Assembly: GCF_018398935.1 (NCBI RefSeq)
Contig: NZ_CP074694.1
Span: 5,100,001-5,132,000 of the forward strand
Source: Telmatocola sphagniphila
GTDB lineage: Bacteria; Planctomycetota; Planctomycetia; Gemmatales; Gemmataceae
Length of the DNA: 32,000 nt
Reading direction: 5' to 3'
A program made the position numbers and the translations under genes. Within the stretch, counting starts at the first letter, position 1. The number at the start of each line of letters is the position of its first letter. A model generated the notes under the pieces. It had not been told where the DNA came from. It made no database searches and saw nothing but the letters and a program-made list of their open reading frames with translations. Below are positions 23,686 to 32,000 of this stretch, in pieces.

Positions 23686-23843
23686 GGCAATGGCATCTGC
23701 CCGTGAACGAAAGATTAGTCATCTGAAAAGGCTTCGATCCTCATCCAGTTGAGTGAGGTAGTTATCTGGAATATGCACTGGCAAATAGCCATTGCCACGC
23801 AAGATCAATCAGGATAAATAGTTAGGACAAGCGGGAGTAGCTG
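23686..23843 (+). repeat. Structured repeat element, copy R (~155 bp, with an internal ~30-bp deletion relative to copy L)
   Basis: GGCAATGGCATCTGCCCGTG (23686-23705) pairs with GCACTGGCAAATAGCCATTGCC (23775-23796). Shared blocks include CTGAAAAGGCTTCGATCCTCATCCAG, TTGAGTGAGGTAGTTATCTGGAATATGCACTGGCAAATAGC and AGTTAGGACAAGCGGGAG. Confidence 0.7.
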
Positions 23844-23864
23844 ACTGCTGGCACCTGCCGATTA

Positions 23865-25259
23865 CTAAATTTCGGACGACGTCCTTTCCACCCGCACATT
23901 CCTCACCGCAAACCAACCACTCAAAATCACCATCGAAAAACTCCGCAGCGGTTCGACCACCCACAGTGCCACGGCCTTCATCTCATGCTGCACACAAAGA
24001 TCCTTGATGTTCAGCCAGGCCGTTTCGGGAATGCACCAGAATAGAACCATCGTAGTCACCAGCCGCGTGGAAATCGGCTTCTGTGCAGTGACCGCTATTG
24101 CCAGCGGGAGAAGCAAGAACGCCAGGTAATGATCCCAGGACACCGGCGAGCAAAGAGGGATCAGGCTGACACTCAAACCAAAAAGATAATCCACTTTCAA
24201 TGCTTCTGACTCGGGTCCCGTCGGAGTCTTGCGCCGAGCTAGCAGCATCAGCGTCAGCCCGATGCAGACGCCCATTCCCATCCAAATCTTCTTCGCCAGA
24301 TTATCGTCGGTCTCCCCGAAAAATCGGCCACCGCGAGCGAGATAACCCAACAGCGACAGATTCGAGGGATAGCTGTCGTATTCCTCGATCACTCCCGCGG
24401 CCGTCTCGCGGTACTTGGAAAAATCTCCGTCCACGGCCAGAACCACTACGAGAAGAGTGGTCAGCAAAGCGGTAAGCATGCTCACCAGAAAACCGCGCGG
24501 CCAGCGCACCAGAAAGACGACGAGCAGAATCGCCGGAATGAATTTGAAGGAAATGGCCAATCCCAGGGCCAGACCCGCAAATGCCACTCTCTGATGCCGG
24601 GCCAAAAACCACGACACGGTCAGTAAGCCGCCTAGCATCAGATCGGTCTGGCCATTGCGAATCACGGTCACTACGGGGCCCGACCCCAGCGTGGCCGCAA
24701 TCAGAGTGATCGTCGGCCAGGTGCCCCAGTCGGGTTTCAAGGTTCGCAGCAGTAAAAAGAGAGTGATGGACCAGGCCAATAATGCAATCGCCGCGATAGC
24801 GGCCTGCGTTCCCAATACGCCGAGCAGTTTCACCAGACCGGCCACGAACATCGTCATAAAAGGCGGATGGGCTTGCACCCAATGCTGATGAAGCGTCAGT
24901 TCCTTGGCGTGATCGGCATATTGGCCGACCGTCCAGCCGACCGGTAACGTGCGGCGTTCCCCTTCTTCGCGAAGTGTGCGGTCCATGCACTCGGCCATGT
25001 TGTCGGGGTACATAGATCGACCGGCCAGATATTCCTGGGCCGAAACGATGTCCTGCATGATATCGCGGGGAGCGGTATAAGCCCGGAATAGACCGATGCC
25101 CTGATTCAGAAGCGAACCCAAAATCACCAGCACGGCCACCGGCTTCCAGCCCCACCAGCTGCGGCTCGGTAAGCCGCCGCGCAATGCCAGCAACCAGGCG
25201 ACCAGAGCCACCCAGAATGTCGAGTTATAAACTCCAAACTCGATGAGGAAGGTTTTCAT
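23865..25259 (-). CDS. Polytopic membrane protein, GT-C-type glycosyltransferase-like (DUF2029/GT87-like)
   Basis: 464 aa with at least 10 hydrophobic helices. The segment NGQTDLMLGGLLTVSWFLARHQRVAFAGLALGLAISFKFIPAILLV resembles the conserved GQ...K(F/P) core of DUF2029-type mannosyltransferase-like proteins. The functional call is tentative. Confidence 0.55.
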   Translation of the reverse strand: MKTFLIEFGVYNSTFWVALVAWLLALRGGLPSRSWWGWKPVAVLVILGSLLNQGIGLFRAYTAPRDIMQDIVSAQEYLAGRSMYPDNMAECMDRTLREEGERRTLPVGWTVGQYADHAKELTLHQHWVQAHPPFMTMFVAGLVKLLGVLGTQAAIAAIALLAWSITLFLLLRTLKPDWGTWPTITLIAATLGSGPVVTVIRNGQTDLMLGGLLTVSWFLARHQRVAFAGLALGLAISFKFIPAILLVVFLVRWPRGFLVSMLTALLTTLLVVVLAVDGDFSKYRETAAGVIEEYDSYPSNLSLLGYLARGGRFFGETDDNLAKKIWMGMGVCIGLTLMLLARRKTPTGPESEALKVDYLFGLSVSLIPLCSPVSWDHYLAFLLLPLAIAVTAQKPISTRLVTTMVLFWCIPETAWLNIKDLCVQHEMKAVALWVVEPLRSFSMVILSGWFAVRNVRVERTSSEI

Positions 25260-25334
25260 CTAAACAGCTTAGTATCCCGCTGTTCAGAATCAGTACTTAG
25301 ACGGATGGACAATTCGAAAAAAAGTCATCTCAGC

Positions 25335-26699
25335 TCAGGCGAGTAAAAAAGTCAGCACCAGGAATAAAGGGATTAATACGCCGAAGGAATAGGCCATGTA
25401 GCCGAGAAAGCTGGGCATGGAGTAACCGGAATGCTCGGCGATCGACTTCACCATGAAATTGGGTCCATTGCCGATATAGGTGAGCGCGCCCATGAAAACC
25501 GCCCCGCAACTGATGCTGCTGAGAATGTTGGGTTTGTTGGTCATCAGCCAGCCGAGATCGTGGCCGTTGGACGCCAGCGTTCCCATGGTGACGTAGGTCG
25601 GGGCATTATCCAGAAACGAGGACAATAATCCGGTTAGCCAGAGATACTGCCAGCCCTTGTCGATCTGAATGCGATCGCCGTACTTATCGAGCAGTGCCAG
25701 GGCCGGGACCATGGTGATAAAGATCCCGATGAACAGCACGGCGACCTCGACAATTGGCACCCAGGAGAAATCATTCTGATGGCGCAAACCTTTGGGAGTA
25801 CCCATCAGCGAAATACCCGCCAGTATCAGCATCAGAATTTCACCGAAGGGCTTTTGTAGCGTCAGGTCTCCCACGCCGATCAGTGCTCCCAGCTTGGCAC
25901 CGACAACGGGCGATTGCAGAATCACCGCCAGCAGCACGCCGAACAATAAGGGCGCATTCACACCCCAGCCGCGCAACTTGATGGGTTCCTGGATCGCTTC
26001 ATCCATCCGAATAGCTTGTCGGGATTCCTTGCGATAGGCGACAATGTCCCAGACATAGAAGATGGCCAGAATCGCCAGATTCACCAGCAACCAGTAGGGC
26101 CAGAGGCTGAGAGTCCAGAAGAAATCGACACCCTTGAGAAAGCCCAAAAACAGCGGTGGATCGCCGAGCGGGGTTAACAGACCACCGGTGTTGCTGACCA
26201 GGAAAATGAAGAAGATCGGCAGATGCGTTTTGTGATCTCGTTCCGAATTAATTCGTAACAGCGGCCGGATCAGAATCATGCTCGCGCCGGTCGTGCCGAT
26301 GAAATTTGCCAGCACGGCACCGAGTGCGAGTAGGGCCACGTTGGTCCGCGGTTTCGCTTCAATATCCCCGAAGACGACGATACCTCCCGAGATGGTGTAC
26401 AGGCTGAAAAGCAGGATAATGAAGGAGGCGTATTCTTCAAGTTCATGCAACAACCGATGAACACTCTCCCCACCCGAGGCTTCGTTAATCGCCAGCAGAT
26501 AGATGACGACGGGTAAAGCGAGCAATCCGGAAACGATCGCTTTATTGCGGTTGGAATGCCACCAATGCTCGGCTACCAGGGGCAGCACGGCGATGCAGAG
26601 CAAAATCAAGGCGAAAGGCGCGGCCGCGAGGGCGGCTACATCCAGATTATGAGCCTCGGCTGCCCCCCAAAGAACTGACATAGTTCCGACATTACTCAT
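25335..26699 (-). CDS. ArsB/NhaD-superfamily ion transporter (putative Na+/H+ antiporter)
   Basis: 454 aa and highly hydrophobic throughout. The N-terminal LPLVAEHWWHSNRNKAIVSG and the internal repeat-like halves are typical of NhaD/citrate-transporter-like permeases. Substrate is not determinable. Confidence 0.65.
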   Translation of the reverse strand: MSNVGTMSVLWGAAEAHNLDVAALAAAPFALILLCIAVLPLVAEHWWHSNRNKAIVSGLLALPVVIYLLAINEASGGESVHRLLHELEEYASFIILLFSLYTISGGIVVFGDIEAKPRTNVALLALGAVLANFIGTTGASMILIRPLLRINSERDHKTHLPIFFIFLVSNTGGLLTPLGDPPLFLGFLKGVDFFWTLSLWPYWLLVNLAILAIFYVWDIVAYRKESRQAIRMDEAIQEPIKLRGWGVNAPLLFGVLLAVILQSPVVGAKLGALIGVGDLTLQKPFGEILMLILAGISLMGTPKGLRHQNDFSWVPIVEVAVLFIGIFITMVPALALLDKYGDRIQIDKGWQYLWLTGLLSSFLDNAPTYVTMGTLASNGHDLGWLMTNKPNILSSISCGAVFMGALTYIGNGPNFMVKSIAEHSGYSMPSFLGYMAYSFGVLIPLFLVLTFLLA

Positions 26700-26869
26700 G
26701 TGGGAAAATCTCTTCCTGAAATCGCCCGGGTTTCCGGGCCGGAGCGGGCCTATTCACATCCAACTGCGAGAGCTATCCTATGAACAAATTCCGGCCCGCA
26801 GGTTAACGAACTCAGTACCAATAGTGCTGGTCTGGAACTTCCTGAGGGTTACAAGTTCGTAAATAGTGA

Positions 26870-26950
26870 AAGCATAATAACTTACATTTCTCATATTTAA
26901 TAAAATATATTTTATATTAGTCTAATTTTTGGTTTAGATTACGACTAGTC
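26870..26950 (+). promoter_or_regulatory. AT-rich island upstream of the fifth DUF1559 gene
   Basis: The sequence is gcataataacttacatttctcatatttaataaaatatattttatattagtctaatttttggtttag. It contains AAATATATTTTA (26903-26914), identical to 6443-6454. Confidence 0.3.
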
Positions 26951-27009
26951 CAGAATCACGTATTGAGGAATTTTTGGGGATCGTGACCCTGCGGAAGGAA
27001 TTTTAGACC

Positions 27010-27915
27010 ATGAATAGGCGCCCTGCGTTTACCCTGATTGAGTTACTGGTAGTGATTGCCATCATCGCCATCTTGATCGGTTTATTACTACCCGCCGTGC
27101 AGAAAGTGCGCGAAGCCGCCGCTCGGATGAGCTGTCAGAACAATCTGAAGCAGATCGGATTGGCCATGCTCAATTACGAGTCGGCCATTGGCGGCTTACC
27201 TCCTCGTCGAAATACTGTGGTCGGTACGCAGCGAGGCTGGGGACCGGCCATTCTTTCTTACGTCGAACAAGCGTCTCTCAGCGGCAATTACCGGTTGGAT
27301 AAAAATTTCTACGCACCGGAGAACGCCGACAATATCATCGTCCCGCTTAAGCTGTTTGTTTGCCCCTCGGGTCCCGGACCAAGAACATTGAATGTCACTC
27401 AGGGAGGAATTACCGCGATAGGAGCCGCCGGGGATTATTTCGGCCCGAACAGCTTCTCCTCGAAGCTTTACGGAGTGCAGTCTCTAAGCGGCGATAATAC
27501 GGTCACCGCCATGAACGACAACGTCAACCGGAAGCTGACCGCTATCACGGATGGGTTATCCAATACGCTGCTGGTGACCGAGCAAGCCGGTCGCCCCGAT
27601 TTCTACATTCGGAGTGTCAAACAGGCTTCCAACACATCCATGAGCAATTATGCCTGGTGGGGCCCTTGGGCCTCCTACCAGGTTTTCGCGTTCTGGCAAT
27701 TCGGTTCCGATGGCATTACCAAGGACGGCAGCGGCGGCCCGTGCACGATCAATTGCAACAACAGTCAGGGGGTTTACGCCTTTCACACGGGCGGGGCCAA
27801 CGCCGTTTATGCGGATGGTTCCGTGCACTTCATGAGACAGGGAATGAGCCCTTCCACCCTGTTCGCTCTGGTGACCATCAACGGCGGCGAAATTCTAGGC
27901 GATGATGCTTACTGA
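27010..27915 (+). CDS. Prepilin-like DUF1559 / H-X9-DG family protein (301 aa)
   Basis: N-terminus is [58 protein letters not shown]. It has a CPSG motif and the H-X9-DG motif [24 protein letters not shown] lies upstream of the ATG. Confidence 0.9.
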   Translation: MNRRPAFTLIELLVVIAIIAILIGLLLPAVQKVREAAARMSCQNNLKQIGLAMLNYESAIGGLPPRRNTVVGTQRGWGPAILSYVEQASLSGNYRLDKNFYAPENADNIIVPLKLFVCPSGPGPRTLNVTQGGITAIGAAGDYFGPNSFSSKLYGVQSLSGDNTVTAMNDNVNRKLTAITDGLSNTLLVTEQAGRPDFYIRSVKQASNTSMSNYAWWGPWASYQVFAFWQFGSDGITKDGSGGPCTINCNNSQGVYAFHTGGANAVYADGSVHFMRQGMSPSTLFALVTINGGEILGDDAY

Positions 27916-27958
27916 TCCTCCGCTTTCACCCATCTCCACACTTGAGGAATTTATTGAG

Positions 27959-28735
27959 ATGTCAACAGTTTCTCCTCCGGCCGCGACCGCGGTGGTCTCA
28001 GCCGAGCATTTGACCAAGAGATTTCATCAGGGGGATTCGGTCGTCGAAGCCATCAAAGATGTTTCCCTGAAAATCGAGGACGGAGAATTCGTCGCTCTCA
28101 TGGGAGCGAGTGGTTCGGGCAAAAGCACCTTCCTACACGTGATGGCCGGGCTTACTCGCCCCGATGAAGGAACTCTGACAATAGCGGATACCGATCTCAG
28201 CCGGTTATCCGATTCCCGGCTGACGCATTTTCGCCGACGCAAAATCGGTCTGGTTTTTCAAGCATTTAACCTCATTCCCACACTCACGGCGGAAGAGAAT
28301 ATCACACTTCCCTTGCTGACCGATGGCCGCAGCGAGCAGATCGAAGACAGACTCGAACCGCTATTGGATCGCCTCGGCCTGATGGCCCGCCGACACCACC
28401 GGCCCGATGCGCTCAGCGGCGGCGAGCAACAGCGCGTGGCCATTGCGCGGTCTTTGATAACTCAACCGGCGCTGATTCTAGCCGATGAACCGACGGGCAG
28501 TCTCGATTCGGTGAACGGCCAGAACATTTGCCGACTCTTGCGGGAACTCTCCGAAGAGCAACGTCGAACGATTGTCGTCGTCACCCACGAGCCGAGTGTG
28601 GCGGTGTGGGCCAGCCGGATTGTGGTCATGAAGGATGGCCGGATTCTCACCGAGTTTCGGGCCAGCGACTTCCAGGATGCGCAGTCTCTGGCGATCCATT
28701 ATCAGAACGTGATAAAGTCCGCAATCCCCGCCTGA
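27959..28735 (+). CDS. ABC transporter ATP-binding protein, MacB/LolD/FtsE-like
   Basis: Walker A is GASGSGKST, Q-loop is VFQAFNL, signature is LSGGEQQRVAIARSL, Walker B is LILADEPTGSLD and the H-loop is VVVTHE. Start is ATG 27959 (GAGGAA upstream), or alternatively ATG 27902, which would overlap the DUF1559 gene by 14 nt. Confidence 0.9.
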   Translation: MSTVSPPAATAVVSAEHLTKRFHQGDSVVEAIKDVSLKIEDGEFVALMGASGSGKSTFLHVMAGLTRPDEGTLTIADTDLSRLSDSRLTHFRRRKIGLVFQAFNLIPTLTAEENITLPLLTDGRSEQIEDRLEPLLDRLGLMARRHHRPDALSGGEQQRVAIARSLITQPALILADEPTGSLDSVNGQNICRLLRELSEEQRRTIVVVTHEPSVAVWASRIVVMKDGRILTEFRASDFQDAQSLAIHYQNVIKSAIPA

Positions 28736-28745
28736 GGAAGCGAAC

Positions 28746-31667
28746 ATGCTGCTCGCCGAATTTCAAATCGTTCTCAAGTTGGTGCGGGAGCAGGCTCGCT
28801 ATCGGCCCGGCCGCGTTCTGTTAACCAGCCTTTCGACCATCGCGGCGGCCTGCATCGTGGTGTGGGTGGTCAGCGGTTACGATTCTTTGGTTGCTCAGTT
28901 CGGCAATATGGGCGGCGAGTACGTCGGTCGGTACGAGATGCTGTTGCTTCCCAAACGCAACGAAGAAGGGGCCCAGCAATTCGCTCGGGGCAATCAATTA
29001 TCTCAGGAATTTCTCCAGAGCATTCAACAGGATACCGACGTGGCTCTCGCCGAGCCGGTGTTTGAAATCGCCGCGGCCGTAACTAAATCGGGCGCAGCAC
29101 CAGTACCAAGAAAAGAGATTCCATCGACTGGCGATGCTACGAGCCCGGGCGGAAAATCTTCCGGCCCCCGCATCATGGGCGGCATGGAGCAGCTCCGTTC
29201 ACAAAGCAAAGCGCCGACTCTAGTGGCAACCGACTCGGCCGAACCGCTGCACACCCTAGTGGAAGGGCGCTGGCTCGATCCGAAGCCAATCGAAAGCCCA
29301 GAAGGAGTACTCACCCGCGATTCCGCCGAATTTCTCGGCGTTCGACTGGGGGAAGCCGTCGCCGTGGCCACGATCGGGACCAAGTCTGCCGATGTGAAAG
29401 TGAAAATCGTCGGGATCGTCGAACAACCGAAGCGATTACCCGGCCCGAAATTCATGGTCGGTTTGCCACCGACGCGAGCCGGGGCACTCCTCGGTGGTCC
29501 CGCCAGTAATGCCTTGTATGTAAACCGGTCTTTAGTTCAGAAAATCATGGGAGCTGCGCCTCGAATCAGTTACATCGGCCTGGTTCTGAAACCGGGAGTG
29601 AATGCGGACGATTTTCTGACCAAGTGGACCGACCGATTCGTCAATTCTTTTCCTCCGGTGGAAGTGCGGACAGCCGCGAGAGTGGATAACGAAGTTTCGC
29701 AAAGCACCACATTCGAAACCGTTCGCACGCAGGCTTACTCGGCGACGGCCATTTCTCTGCTAGCGGCGCTTTTCATCATTTTCACAACACTCAGTATGGG
29801 TGTCGACGAGCGAATCCGCCAGTTCGCCATCCTGCGGGCGGTGGCTTTCACGAAATGGCAGATCGCCGTCCTGATTGCTCTGGAAAGCCTCTTTCTGGGA
29901 ATCCTCGGCTGGGTGGGAGGCCTGCTCGCCGGCTGGGGTCTGCTGAAGATCATGGCTCAGATTCGACCACAATCCCTGTACGAAGGAGCCTCTCTCGGAA
30001 CCTGGTGCATTGTTCTATCGGGCGTCTGTGCGCTCGGTGGCTCGCTGGCCGCCGCCATTCTCCCGGCCTGGCGGGCAACACGGGTGAATCCCTTGGAGGC
30101 CATGGCTCCCCGGCGACCGATCCACTCCGGCCGGCTTCCGCTTCTGATGACAATCAGCGGTTTACTCTTAATTGCCATTAATCCGCTGGTAATCTTTGTG
30201 ATTCCCATGCAGGATACGTCGCGCTATGCCATCGCGGCGGCCATCGGTTACACGACTCAAATCATCGGCTTCGTGTGCCTGGCTCCGCTAGCTATTATTT
30301 TCACCGAACGTTTACTCGGTCCGCTTCTGGCTCGATTGCTGCGCTTGAATCGTCGTTTACTGGCCACGCAGCTTTCCTCCAACATGTGGCGAACGGCCGG
30401 CACTACCGTGACTCTAACCATAGGCCTCGGTCTGTTTGTCGCTACCCAGACCTGGGGCTATTCCATGTTAGCCCCCTTCACACCCGGCGAGTGGGCTCCC
30501 GATCTGCTCGTTTATATTTCCCGGGGGGGCGTTCCCGATTCGGAGATCGACGCCGTGCGAAACGTACCGGGAGTGATTCCCGAAAAGTTTCTGCCGCTGG
30601 CCGTCAAGCAGGTGAAGTTCGCGGAGGATATCACCGGTTTCAAAATTCGCCCCTCGGCCACCCGGCAGGACACGTGCGTGATGGTCGGCGTGGATCCCGA
30701 TCTCGCACTCGGTGGCGAACATCCGCTCTTTCCATTTCAATTCGTCGAAGGGTCTCCCTCGGAAGCGATTCAGAAATTGAAGCAGGGCCGTTATTGTCTG
30801 GTGCCCGATCATTTCACCCGAGAATCGGGCTTGGGGGTGGGACAGAAGTTTGCCGTCCTGACCTCCGAGGACCGGGGACAGACCGTGGAATACGTGATAG
30901 CGGGCGTTGTCTCCATGCCCGGCTGGCACTGGTTATCCAAAACCGGTTTCCGGCGCGGCCGGGCGGCCGGACTGATGTTCGGCAACTTCGATACAGTGCG
31001 GGCCGATTTCAAGACCGGTCCGACCACAATGTTCTGGGGAAATACCAATGGCAAGGCCTCGAACGAACAAATCAAGGCGTCGATTCAAGCGATCGTCGAT
31101 CGCCGATCGATGGAAAATCCGAAAGCGATCCCGAGTCCGACCACGACTCGAGCTGGTACCCCGCGCCGCGATCTTTCCAAAACTTCCGTGACTCTGCAAA
31201 CGGCCCAGGAAGAGCGCGATGAGGTACGCGACCGCGCCGACAAGATTATCTGGGCTCTCAGTGAGCTTCCTCTAGTTACTCTGCTGGTAACCTCCTTGGG
31301 TTTAATCAACACCGTTCTGTCTTCCATTCGAGCCCGCCGTTGGGATCTGGGGGTGTTGCGGGCATTAGGTGTAACGCGCTTCGGTTTGTTTCGGTTAATA
31401 GTCGCGGAATCGATTTTGATAGGAGTGGTGGCGATATTGCTGAGCCTGGGTTTCGGTACGCTGGCCGGGTATTGCGGCACGGGGGTAACGCGTTATGTGA
31501 ATATTCGCGGCGGACAGTATACGCCGATGGTGATTCCGTGGGCTCAATTAGCGGAGGGTTTTGCGATTGCGCTTTCACTCTGTTTGCTGGCAGCGATTTG
31601 GCCCGCGTTTAGAACGGGCCGAACGGAGCCCTTGCGGTTGTTGCAGGCTGGCCGCGCCGCAGGGTGA
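28746..31667 (+). CDS. ABC transporter permease with two fused FtsX/MacB-type modules (973 aa, about 10 TM)
   Basis: Two copies of the FtsX-type four-helix pattern are present (..FAILRAVAFTKWQIAVLIALESLFLGILGWVGGLLAGWGL.. and ..LGVLRALGVTRFGLFRLIVAESILIGVVAILLSLGFGTLAGY..). Each follows a large extracytoplasmic domain. GAGGAAG lies upstream of the ATG, which is 10 nt after the ATPase stop. Confidence 0.9.
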   Translation: MLLAEFQIVLKLVREQARYRPGRVLLTSLSTIAAACIVVWVVSGYDSLVAQFGNMGGEYVGRYEMLLLPKRNEEGAQQFARGNQLSQEFLQSIQQDTDVALAEPVFEIAAAVTKSGAAPVPRKEIPSTGDATSPGGKSSGPRIMGGMEQLRSQSKAPTLVATDSAEPLHTLVEGRWLDPKPIESPEGVLTRDSAEFLGVRLGEAVAVATIGTKSADVKVKIVGIVEQPKRLPGPKFMVGLPPTRAGALLGGPASNALYVNRSLVQKIMGAAPRISYIGLVLKPGVNADDFLTKWTDRFVNSFPPVEVRTAARVDNEVSQSTTFETVRTQAYSATAISLLAALFIIFTTLSMGVDERIRQFAILRAVAFTKWQIAVLIALESLFLGILGWVGGLLAGWGLLKIMAQIRPQSLYEGASLGTWCIVLSGVCALGGSLAAAILPAWRATRVNPLEAMAPRRPIHSGRLPLLMTISGLLLIAINPLVIFVIPMQDTSRYAIAAAIGYTTQIIGFVCLAPLAIIFTERLLGPLLARLLRLNRRLLATQLSSNMWRTAGTTVTLTIGLGLFVATQTWGYSMLAPFTPGEWAPDLLVYISRGGVPDSEIDAVRNVPGVIPEKFLPLAVKQVKFAEDITGFKIRPSATRQDTCVMVGVDPDLALGGEHPLFPFQFVEGSPSEAIQKLKQGRYCLVPDHFTRESGLGVGQKFAVLTSEDRGQTVEYVIAGVVSMPGWHWLSKTGFRRGRAAGLMFGNFDTVRADFKTGPTTMFWGNTNGKASNEQIKASIQAIVDRRSMENPKAIPSPTTTRAGTPRRDLSKTSVTLQTAQEERDEVRDRADKIIWALSELPLVTLLVTSLGLINTVLSSIRARRWDLGVLRALGVTRFGLFRLIVAESILIGVVAILLSLGFGTLAGYCGTGVTRYVNIRGGQYTPMVIPWAQLAEGFAIALSLCLLAAIWPAFRTGRTEPLRLLQAGRAAG

Positions 31668-31772
31668 GGGGTGAGTAGCTCAGATTCGCGGATAGATTTT
31701 TAGGTTTTAATCAAGGATGAGTGATTTCGATTTGAGCTCGAAATTTTAAGATCGTTCCATCGATAAAAAGGT

Positions 31773-32000
31773 TTAGTCATCCCATCCGGAACTCACCGGC
31801 AGGCCGTTTTTGAAAATTACCCAATAACCCACGTACTCATCGGCGGGGTGTCGAAAGTCAATTTGAAACGATGAGTCGCCATACAGCCAAAGTCCACAAG
31901 GTTCCACATCTCCAGGTTCAAGTTTTATCCACGATTTACCATCATTTTGAGCCAAAAAATACTTTCGCGCATGCTGAGTTAGAATTTCCAAATTTTTAAA
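31773..32000 (-). CDS. Hypothetical small protein, possibly 5'-truncated by the window edge
   Basis: The minus-strand frame is open from 31773 to the window end. The only in-window start is a TTG at 31991, giving ..EILTQHARKYFLAQNDGKSWIKLEPGDVEPCGLWLYGDSSFQIDFRHPADEYVGYWVIFKNGLPVSSGWDD. I recognised no family. Confidence 0.35.
   Translation of the reverse strand, partial: FKNLEILTQHARKYFLAQNDGKSWIKLEPGDVEPCGLWLYGDSSFQIDFRHPADEYVGYWVIFKNGLPVSSGWDD

Noticed and set aside
30275-31222. 315-aa plus-strand ORF inside the permease gene, and similar alternative-frame or antisense ORFs (24301-25155, 5165-5737, 5263-5898, 9458-10237, 7326-7859)
   Set aside because: They overlap strongly supported genes in other frames. 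Extreme Arg/Gly/Ser/Pro content is typical of off-frame translation of GC-rich coding DNA.
31724-31744. ATTTCGA-tttgagc-TCGAAAT hairpin between the convergent permease gene and the last ORF, as a bidirectional terminator
   Set aside because: The stem is only 7 bp and AT-rich, with a weak flanking T-run. It is plausible but too weak to report as a feature.
1-32000. Search by eye for CRISPR arrays, rRNA/tRNA genes, IS elements, integrases and phage structural genes
   Set aside because: I saw no regularly spaced direct repeats, no tRNA-like cloverleaf candidates, no rRNA-like segments and no transposase or integrase motifs. An absence established by eye is not definitive. tRNAscan-SE, Infernal and ISfinder searches would settle it.

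Overview
Origin-proximal chromosomal segment of a Planctomycetota genome. The [44 protein letters not shown]-type N-termini look Gemmatales-like, but that taxonomic call is inference only. The left 6.3 kb holds four tandem minus-strand cassettes. Each has an AT-rich upstream island, a prepilin-like DUF1559/H-X9-DG protein, a terminator-like hairpin in two of the cassettes, and a 57-66 aa Pro/Ala/Lys-rich lipoprotein. Next come mnmG, a ParE/RelE-type toxin-antitoxin pair bracketed by ~30-bp inverted repeats, and a CE15-like esterase. They are followed by two tandem mosaic paralogs with GspG-like C-termini, then an acidic ORF directly ahead of a short DnaA that lacks domains I-II. The dnaA-dnaN spacer carries phased DnaA-box-like 9-mers (candidate oriC) and a long imperfect hairpin. 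After dnaN and a sigma-70 factor there is a ~4 kb visibly lower-GC island of orphan genes. One further gene is flanked by two copies of a ~150-190 bp structured repeat. The window ends with a GT-C-like membrane protein, an ArsB/NhaD-type transporter, and a fifth DUF1559 gene apparently in an operon with a MacB-type ABC ATPase and a 973-aa double-FtsX permease. I recognised no rRNA, tRNA, CRISPR array, transposase or integrase. The best candidate for an undescribed system is the repeated DUF1559 + mini-lipoprotein cassette with its shared regulatory architecture. All family calls come from motif recognition by eye, not from searches.
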